Source: Macrostomum lignano
Lineage: Eukaryota
NCBI GenBank assembly: GCA_002269645.1
Contig: NIVC01001681.1
Coordinates: 124,001 to 188,000 of the forward strand
Direction: 5' to 3'
Length of the DNA stretch: 64,000 bases
How positions within the stretch are numbered: position 1 is the stretch's first letter; each line of letters opens with the position of its first letter. The notes under the pieces are model-generated. The model did not search any database and was not told the origin of the DNA. It worked only from the letters and a program-made list of their open reading frames with translations. Shown here piece after piece: positions 1 to 7,879 of the stretch. A program made the position numbers and the translations under genes.

Positions 1-1521
1 TCTCGGGCTAAAAAAAGTGTCACCTCCTATGGAATACCTGCGATCAGCCCGGACCTGAATTCTGCGGTAACCCCTGGTGCCTTCATGGCTGGGATTCGAT
101 CCCAACGTGTCTGCTGACTCTCCCCACTGTATTGCAGACCCGGTAGTAACTGCTTTGGTTGCATTTGGGCTGGTGCAGTGGCTGGAAATAGTAGATCCCA
201 TAGTATCCTATTGATAGTGGAGTTCAGTGAGTATTGGAATGGTGTACTGGAAGTCTGGTGGCCCCCAGTGATCTCGTAATGTTTCCTGCTGCATTCTCCT
301 CCTTTAGTAATTCCTCCCCCCTGCTGTCAGTCTGATAGGGGAGGTGGGTGTGCCAATCAGCCCGACCCGGTAGAACGGCGCTCCTGCCCGACTTGTCAGC
401 CTGGCCCAGGAAGGCGCTATTGCGCAACTCTTTTCCCCTCTGGCCACTGCAGCCCACTAAGCGCTTAGACGCAGGGTTGCATGCAGTCCCCTAATGTAAA
501 GCCCCGGTACATAGAGTGCCACCCCAGTGCCCCGCAAGGTCAATAAGACGGGTTGACGTCTCTGGCAACTTGGAATAACCTAGATGGAGGTACCGCTGTC
601 TCCTGGTAGAACCGGGCGTTCAAGTACAGTAAAGTGGAGAGGCTGACAACTGTAGGACTTTCTCCGCCATCAGATAAAGGTCCCAAGTATGCTATTTCGA
701 GCTGCAGCAAAGGTGGAGTATCGGAGGGGCAAGCATTTCAGGAAGATACTCACTTAGGTCTGTTTATCCTAGGAAAGCGGGCGAGAGTTTCAGGCTTGTA
801 ATCCGCCTAACCTGAAAACTTCGGGGACAGTTTAGTCTGGACTCCCGCTGCGCGCCTTCGCTCTGAACAGAAGGGGGAGGTCTTGGTTTTTGTGGATTCT
901 GCTAGACGTAGGGGAGCTGGATTCCCGCCTTTTGTGAAGCTGCGTGTACAAGATTGGTAGTCCTGAGGTGGAAGCCCCACTGGACTCCGACGGTTTTCCG
1001 GCTGTGCAAGGGCAGTAAAGTGGGAGGACCTCCATGGGGATTGCTCCCGCCACTTGGGTTTTTGGGTCCAGGCGCCAACGCTTCTTCGTAGTAGCTTTCT
1101 TAAGGAAATGGGGTCCGGCGCGCAACCCTAGGGGAGAATTTGTACAGGTGCCGTAAGTCCGTTTACGGTCGGCATTTGGGTTCCCTAGCATGGCCGCAAA
1201 ATGAAGGTCAAGTCTCTCTGAATAGCCAATTTTTCCCTGTCAGGATGTGCCATAGACAACTGGTAGTGGTAGCCGCAGTTTGAGTCAGTGTGCTTTGCCG
1301 AGTGAAGCCGTTAGGACTGCCTAAATGGAATTATGTGGAGCCACCCGTTTTTCAATTTGTTTTCTTCGACGCCGCAAGTGTGTGGTTTTGTCTGTGTTTG
1401 TGTGTGTGTGAGTGTGTTTGTGTGTTTCGGATCAACTTTTCGGTCTTTACCTGTAGTTGCCCCGGTTTTCTTTTCTTTTCCTTCCCGGTGGTGGGTACTC
1501 CCCCAGCTATCCGGCATTCAC

Positions 1522-2967
1522 ATGTCACGGGCGCGTGGAGATAGGGTCGTAGAAGCTGTGTGCGCAGACGCCCCTGGTCAACCACCCTCGGCCGCTGACA
1601 CCCCAGCAGTTGCCGCCCCCGCAGCCGCAATGGCCGCAGCCGCTGGTAACCAGGTCCCTCAGCCTCCAGAAGCAGTAGTAGTTGAGGAACCAGATGAAGG
1701 AGTAGCAGCTCCCGCTCCCAATCAGGGTGGCGCAGCAGCCGCCGCTGCTCCCCCGGACGCAGCCCAGAATCCTCCTCAGGCAGTCCCGCAGCTAGGAGAC
1801 TTAGTTGCCGCTATAGCCAATGCGTTTAACCAGCTAAACATGGGCCAAGACGCCCAGAGGCCGAAAATCTACGTAGAAAAGTTCTCTCCCGGCGAACACT
1901 GTTTTGTGCAATGGGTAGAGAGAATGATCTACAAGCTGGACGCGGAGAGAACTGTAGGAGATCAGGCTAGGAAGCAGGTGCTCATCTCGCACCTCCCAGG
2001 TGAATTTCAGAACTTAGCCTTAGGATTGGACGGGCAATTGCCCTTTGAGCAGTTCGTATCTAGATTAGGAGAGCAGTTGGGCGAGGCCAACACTGATCTG
2101 GCTAAGAGAAATAAGCTGAAGAATCTGAGCCAGAAACCCGGCCAATCACATAGTGCTTTTGCTGCTATGATAAGATCTCAGATAACGGCCATGTTTCCTC
2201 AGATTCAGGGTGAGCAGAGAGAACAAGAAATCGTGTACACCTACTTGGAACACGCTAAGCTCCCCCGCCAGGTCAGACAAGATCTGTTGAGCCGTCGCTG
2301 GCAGACAATTGAGCAGGTGTTAGAACAGCAGCAAGCCCTGTTAGAAGCCGCAGACTTAGCCGGGAAATGGGACAGTAGTGGCCCGCCCAGGTCTGAGTCC
2401 CGCACCGAAGTCCGTCTGCAACCTCAGCAGCCACCCAGGCCCCCTCGCAAGTGGGTCAGGATGGTGAACCAGGAAGCTGACGAGACGGAGGAGGACGGTG
2501 ACGGCCTATCAGAGATGCAAGAGAGGTTGGGCGCGCTAGAGCAAACGCAAAAGGATCTGCGCAACCAGCTGGTGCAGCTCAATGAAACTATGAAGGCGAC
2601 AGCAGAGTCTGTTGCCCAGCTGCCCCAGCAGATGAGGCCCCCTCGCCCCGCCACTCCCAACAGGAACTGGAGGCAGGGGCAGGGCGGCTCTAATAGCAGT
2701 AGGAACTGGCGCCAACCCCAGCCCCCGCCGCTTGCAATTCAGGAGGCGCCCACGCCGCCGGCGCCGGGTGTGCAGCAGCAGCAATTGCAGCTTCGTGCGC
2801 CACCTGATCGCCATAGGCAAGATTTAGAGGAGTGGGGCAGAGATATGTTAGACGAGGCTACCAGGGAGAGGCAGGAGAGGCTCGCCCAGCTGCGCGCGCA
2901 AGCTCTGATGCCTCCTCCTTCCACGCCTGAAGAGCCCCCGGGTTCGGGAAACCCGTGGGAGGGCTGA
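1522..2967 (+). CDS. Retrotransposon Gag (capsid-like), 481 aa
   Basis: Uninterrupted ORF from ATG 1522. Segments KIYVEKFSPGEHCFVQW and KLKNLSQKPGQSHSAFAAMIRSQITAMFP resemble the Ty3/gypsy capsid pattern L..L.Q..GES...F...I..L...AFP. No CCHC knuckle. Confidence 0.8.
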   Translation: MSRARGDRVVEAVCADAPGQPPSAADTPAVAAPAAAMAAAAGNQVPQPPEAVVVEEPDEGVAAPAPNQGGAAAAAAPPDAAQNPPQAVPQLGDLVAAIANAFNQLNMGQDAQRPKIYVEKFSPGEHCFVQWVERMIYKLDAERTVGDQARKQVLISHLPGEFQNLALGLDGQLPFEQFVSRLGEQLGEANTDLAKRNKLKNLSQKPGQSHSAFAAMIRSQITAMFPQIQGEQREQEIVYTYLEHAKLPRQVRQDLLSRRWQTIEQVLEQQQALLEAADLAGKWDSSGPPRSESRTEVRLQPQQPPRPPRKWVRMVNQEADETEEDGDGLSEMQERLGALEQTQKDLRNQLVQLNETMKATAESVAQLPQQMRPPRPATPNRNWRQGQGGSNSSRNWRQPQPPPLAIQEAPTPPAPGVQQQQLQLRAPPDRHRQDLEEWGRDMLDEATRERQERLAQLRAQALMPPPSTPEEPPGSGNPWEG

Positions 2968-3008
2968 ATGGCCCGGCCCGAACTCAGCCCCGTTCCCTCT
3001 CTAGGGCC
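2946..3008 (+). promoter_or_regulatory. -1 programmed ribosomal frameshift signal: slippery heptamer plus predicted H-type pseudoknot
   Basis: G GGA AAC (2946-2952) lies in the correct gag phase. After an 8-nt spacer, GGGCTGA (2961-2967) pairs with TCAGCCC (2984-2990), and loop GGCCC can pair with GGGCC (3004-3008). The downstream ORF is in the -1 frame. Confidence 0.85.
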
Positions 3009-3470
3009 CAGCTTAACCTGCCACGTCCGCCCAGCAAGAAGTTTAGATTTGAGAAGGTACCCGATTTCTATCAGCCAAGACCAGCTAGAGGACAACGCGG
3101 GAGAGATATTGTTGTAGAGTTGCCAATTGAGAATGTTCCCACCCGCCTCCTGGTAGATGGGGGCAGTGCGCTGTCTTTGCTAACAGTCAAAGACTTTACT
3201 AAAATTACCGGACAGAGTGTGGAGGCCCTGGAGCCCCCATGTGTGAAGGCCGTGTCCTACACGGGCAATGAATTAGAGATGCTAGGCCAGGCCACCCTCA
3301 CAGCAGTTATTGGGCTAGAAGAGGTGAGAATCCTCTTTCTGGTCGTTGGCAATTCAGCAGCAGTTTCCCTCCTGGGTAGTGCTTTTCTAGCCAGTACGCA
3401 TGCTATCATAGACTATCGAACAGAAAAGGTTTACTTGCTAGGTGTGAGTCTCCCATTCGACCCCCGCTGA
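2952..3470 (+). CDS. Retropepsin-like aspartic protease domain, translated as a Gag-Pro fusion by -1 frameshift
   Basis: RLLVDGGSALSLL (active-site-like), VSYTGNEL (flap-like) and LLGSAFLAS..AIIDY (ILGxDFL-like). TGA at 3468-3470 with another in-frame stop four codons later, so no pol continuation. Confidence 0.8.
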   Translation, partial: PVGGLNGPARTQPRSLSRAQLNLPRPPSKKFRFEKVPDFYQPRPARGQRGRDIVVELPIENVPTRLLVDGGSALSLLTVKDFTKITGQSVEALEPPCVKAVSYTGNELEMLGQATLTAVIGLEEVRILFLVVGNSAAVSLLGSAFLASTHAIIDYRTEKVYLLGVSLPFDPR

Positions 3471-4056
3471 GTAACAGATCGGTAGCTAGCCAGTGATTGC
3501 TTAATTCCCCCCCCCGATTCGCGTGTCGAAATTTTGCTCGTGTTGCCCCGTTGGAGACCGCTTTTCGCGTATTTACGTATGCCCTCTATTACTCGAATTT
3601 ATGTTGTGACCTCGTGCTCGTTGGTGTTGTTTAAATATCTAAGATTTTAGCTCGAAAATTAGGCCCGTACAGTATGCGTTAATTCCCTATCAGTAAATAT
3701 TAACTTGGAAACTAGTAAAATTTCTATGGGTCTGCTCCACAGGAGGTCCTGCCCCGCTGTTCAAGATTTTCTGGGAACAATGGAAGTCTGGGACCGTAGG
3801 AAATTAGCACCTTTAGGTCTGATTTCGTGTGTTTGTTCACACTTTGTGAAAGTCCGATTTTGGGAAACTTTTAATTGGTTTCGATGAGGCAATAGGGGGG
3901 GCATTCAATGTAATTAAGTTTATCAGGCAAATGGGGCAGCAATTAGTTTAGAGTAGGCCAGTGGTTTAGTCAATGTAAAGTCAGGTAAGTAATTAAAGTC
4001 AAGTTATGGGGACAGATAGTTCAGAATTAGTAAGTAAGCATTAAGAACCACCAGCA

Positions 4057-4463
4057 TCAGCAGTTGGGAAGCCGCAGAAATAGCTCCAAGAGCAGTAGCC
4101 AGTGCATTGTGAGACCGGCTATTAGGGCCGTCGACAGCACGACCAAATGCCAGGAGCCGTCGGTCTCCACCACAGGGGTTGGCAAGGGCTGTGGAGCGGC
4201 AGCCACGGGCGTCACCGCGGCGACCGGCGGCGGAGCGTGCGCTCGGGCTGACAACGGCGGTGGTACCGGATGCCAACCGGCCCCGGACGCTGGTTCGCTG
4301 GCGGCCCGGCGGTCGCATGGCCCGGGAGCCGCGGCGCCTATGTCACCAGATGGCGCAGCCGGCCCAGAATCAGAGGGGGCGTCCGGCTCTGAATGGCTGT
4401 CTTCGGGCGCTTCGTAGTCGGACTCCTCTTCAAGGATGGGCTCGGCTACTAGCGGCCGGAATC
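4057..4463 (-). CDS. Candidate antisense terminal exon: acidic/Pro-Ala-rich protein with C-terminal hydrophobic anchor
   Basis: Acceptor tttcatcccttaaattctcattttcAG at 4465-4464, then an open frame FRPLVAEPILEEESDYEAPEDS...WHLVVLSTALIAGLTMHWLLLLELFLRLPNC*. The start exon is unresolved. Confidence 0.45.
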
Positions 4464-4554
4464 CTGAAAATGAGAATTTAAGGGATGAAATAGAAGTAGG
4501 GAACTAGCCGGGTATTAGGATGTAGATAGATGGGGATTTTAACTTTATGGCGTG

Positions 4555-4925
4555 TGGTAGTGGCCTTCCTGGGGGTTTCTTCCTTTCTTCATTCCCTCTC
4601 CTTCCCTTGAGCTCTAGGTGATCAAGTAGTGGTAGCCTTCTTCCCCGCCTTCTTTTAATGATACACCTCTAAGGATGGCAGTTTTTCGTCTTCCTCTCCT
4701 CTGGTAGAAGGGCAAATAGTGGCAGTTTCCCCGGGCAATCCACTCTAATTGGTGACGGGTTCCCTCTTTCTCTTCCCTGTTAATGTACAATTGGTGGCAG
4801 TTTTCCCTAGCAACCTCTCTCAAAATGGTGGCTGATCCTCCTTTTCTTTTCTTTGGTAATGCGCCAAGATGGTGGTAGGTTCCCCTTTCTCTTTTATAAT
4901 AGTACATCAAACTGGTGGCAGTCAA
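4555..4925. repeat. Degenerate array of ~9 units (33-47 bp) with core TRGTGGYWG followed by a pyrimidine tract
   Basis: Cores near 4555, 4626, 4673, 4717, 4750, 4792, 4826, 4870 and 4913; exact TGGTGGCAGT at 4792 and 4913. Confidence 0.7.
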
Positions 4926-5257
4926 ATTAATGATTAATTCCTCTTTCGAATTCTTTCGGCTGTTAAGTTTATGAGGGTCTCGGAGGCATGGATGAGAACT
5001 GCGTGCGCGTGGCGTTGAAGGAAGAAATCGAAGGGAGTTGGGCCGCATCATCATTTATCCTCCGGAGTCTAATCTCCCAAATCCCTCTTCTATTCATATT
5101 AACCAAATTAATTTGTGTGCCTGATCTGAATGTGTGCATGTGAGGTGGGAGTGCGATCTCTGTCGGCTGGAGTACGGATCTGCCGCGGGCGCGACCGGAG
5201 GTGGTCTCGGGTCTGCCCCCTGCTCACAGGTGAGGAAACAGGAAGCGGCGGAACCAG

Positions 5258-5374
5258 CCAATCAGAGCGCACGGAGACTAGAGCGAGCGGTCCCAAGCCA
5301 ACGGCGACCCCGGCCGCAGCAGGTGTGCCTCCCAATGTGCTCAACCAATGGGAAGCCAGCCCCGGCACTATAAG
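5258..5374 (+). promoter_or_regulatory. Internal Pol II promoter (two CCAAT boxes, TATA)
   Basis: CCAAT at 5258 and 5345, TATAAG at 5369, about 100 nt upstream of ATG 5468. Confidence 0.5.
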
Positions 5375-5467
5375 AAGACCCACGCCTGCCAGAGCTGGAA
5401 ATCATCAATCAGAGAAATCATTCTGTCCTTCAATCGCTGAAGCATTCTATGAACTATCCAGCTTGAC

Positions 5468-6816
5468 ATGGACACGAAGCCTACCATCAATCGAATTCAG
5501 CTATGCTCCAGCTTACCGTCTGAGCGTCCTGCCAGCCCAGTTAGCCGAAAGCGGCCCCGTGACGCCATCCAAGAGGCGGAGGACGGCCCCGAGCCGCCAG
5601 CGGCGGCCTCCGCCAGGGTCGAAGAAGGTGACGAGACAATCGACCCGGCCAATGCTGGGGGCGACACCGCGGACATTTCGGACCTGGCGGCCGAATTCGG
5701 CGAGGCGGCCCGCCGCCTGCGTGATGTTCTGCCCAACAGCCGCCGAAGTGTGGACATCGCCCTGCAAAGAGAAGAAGTCATTGGGGTCAGGTGGCTGGCG
5801 AACCTTCGGCGACAGCTATGGATCTGGTGCACTGGGTCGGGCCTGAGTCCTATCATGGCCCACTCCAGGCCGAGGACAGGCATGCGACTCTAGAGCGCCA
5901 ACTTCGCGACAACCTGGACCGGCCCTGTCTGCTCATCCTGTCAAAAGCGGCCCTGCTGGGATTGGTTGACAATACGCTGTTAATGTACATCGAGGCAGCG
6001 GCCCAGAGCGCCTACAAATACGCCCTCGGCGACCTAGTCCGGCAGGCCGCCAAGTTCCTCCGCAAGGTTGTGGATGAGGAACCATCACACCTGACAGCCC
6101 GGCCGCCGTCCTGTGCCCCCATCACAGCAATCTTCAGCACCTGCGATCGGCCGGTCTACAAGAAGGTGATCATCAGCTGCGCAGCCTCCTCTCAGATGAC
6201 TAGACAACTGACACCAACCCAGAGAGCCCGGCTATTGATTGGCCTGGCCAGCTTGGCCAGCCGCTGGGGCATGCTTCCTGCGGACCTGCCAGGGCTGCTC
6301 TGGGGCTTCCTGAGCGAGGGCGCCGAATGGGAAGAGGCTCTCGTCATCCACGACGGCATTCTTGCGGCCTCCGCGCCGGCCTCTGCGCCCCTCCTCTATG
6401 CGCCGTTTGCCACAGTGGCCTGGGCCGCCACTCTCTCGCAACGGTTCAATCGCCGCTGTGGGTGGGTGTTGGCGGCCCTGGGCGACGTTGAGCCCGGCTA
6501 CGCGGGCCTGGCCGAGGTGCCCCGTGGCACTTTGCAGCATTTTGCAATCGCGCAGCCGCCCCTGTCTGCACCAACTCTGACACGGCTGCAACAAGTACGG
6601 AATGCGGCCTTCGTCGTCCAATGCCAAGCCCTGGGCATCCCGACTCTGCCGCAGTTGAGGGGCGTGCTGCGCAACGACATCTTGCCTAGCCGATGGCACC
6701 GAGTGGTGCTCACGGCCGCGGCAGCCCAACGTTATGTGGAAGCATGGGCAAGTGCCATGGCTCAGGTGGCGGCATATGGCCCGTACCAGCTAAATCAAGA
6801 GGCCCATTTCGAGTAA
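5468..6816 (+). CDS. Unknown cargo protein in two overlapping frames (5468-5893 and 5791-6816); probably one gene with a frameshift or short intron
   Basis: The N-part is acidic with a basic RKRPR patch. The C-part is ~340 open codons, Ala/Leu-rich and helical-looking. No family recognised. Confidence 0.6.
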
Positions 6817-7158
6817 GGATGCCGACTGCCTGCTGAGCGACGTCCGCCGGCCGGTCCGACCCGCCTTTCCGCCCCCTTGCGTTGTGTGTTTGTCGTGTGT
6901 GTGTGTGTGAAATTATCCTATTAATATTCGGTTCTTCCATAATATTCATTTTTAAACTTTAATAACCAATATACGAGTCATTGTTGTGTCATTATCCTAA
7001 AAATTCCTAAAAATGGCTCTGTGTTGGCTGCTCACTACTTTTACCGTAAGAAAGGCCATATATTATTACTGCAATTGGCTCAGTTTAAAACGAAAGGCAT
7101 GGCGAGTGGGTAGATTTCGTTTAACGTACAGGCGAAAGGAAATCAGGTTGGTGATGGG

Positions 7159-7271
7159 ACTTACCGAGTAGTTGTATAGTTTGGAAAATCGTGCTGAGTG
7201 CCTTGGTTGGAAACTGCGACTCCGTGTAGGTTGCAGGCAGCCGGCTCCCGTTATCAGTGGCGCCTTTTATA
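7159..7271 (-). promoter_or_regulatory. Antisense promoter and non-coding first exon
   Basis: TATAAAA on the minus strand (7271-7265) followed ~100 nt later by a consensus donor CG|GTAAGT (7164-7159); no ATG in between. Confidence 0.45.
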
Positions 7272-7859
7272 CAGTGGCCAGCGCACGGCGCGGCGCCTCC
7301 CAGCCTACAACCGATCGCCCCGAAGCCCTCTGACTGGCTGAAGCGGGGTCCGAGCCTTCAAGGACGCTAGGCCTCCGTGCGGTTGAACTCCCGGCGAAAT
7401 TAGCTTATTAATTTACTGCGCTGCATTAGTATTTTTCCCCTGTGTAATTGTCATTCTCCCCGAGGCTCTGCCCTTGGCTGTGTGCTAGCAACCCTTCCCC
7501 CCTTCTTTTTCCCCACTTCCCTCACCCTTCCCCGTTTCCTCTCTTTCCCAGCTGCGCTTCTATCCAATTATGATAATTTATTGTTGACAATTCGCTATTT
7601 TTCTCCCTACTATTGCGCTGTCTGTGTTTCCCCCCTCCCACTTTAGCCACAGCAACAGTTGAAATTTTTGAAATTCTGTATTGCACTCCAACCTATGTAT
7701 CTCGTTTTGTGAATTTATTGCTATCCCCTCTATTTTATCGCCTTTTTCCATTCCCGCTCGCGGTTTGTTAATTCTGTGATTTCACGTTCGGTTGAGATCC
7801 CGCTCCCGTCTGTGTGGTTCCATGTTGGGCAGTGATGATGACGGAACCAGTTCCGTCAC

Positions 7860-7879
7860 AAAAGGCAGTGGGGGTGTGA
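7860..7879 (+). promoter_or_regulatory. Polypurine tract (plus-strand primer site)
   Basis: AAAAGGCAGTGGGGGTGTGA directly abuts the TG of the LTR. Confidence 0.65.

Noticed and set aside
3885-3920. AGGGGGGG followed by TGTAAT as an alternative PPT and LTR start
   Set aside because: Seven non-purine-tract bases separate the G-run from the TG, and there is no matching ATTACA end or upstream copy; the 7880 site fits much better.
3470-4050. RT, RNase H or integrase remnants after the protease
   Set aside because: No YxDD, LPFG, HHCC, DDE or GPY-like motif seen in any frame by eye.
4614-5054. 146-aa minus-strand ORF
   Set aside because: It crosses the motif array, whose unit lengths are mostly not multiples of three, so the repeats are not maintained as peptide; probably incidental.
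7831-7865. Hammerhead-like GTGATGA-stem-CAAA
   Set aside because: Two essential core positions (C3, G12) are wrong and no stems I/III are evident; kept only as a stem-loop.
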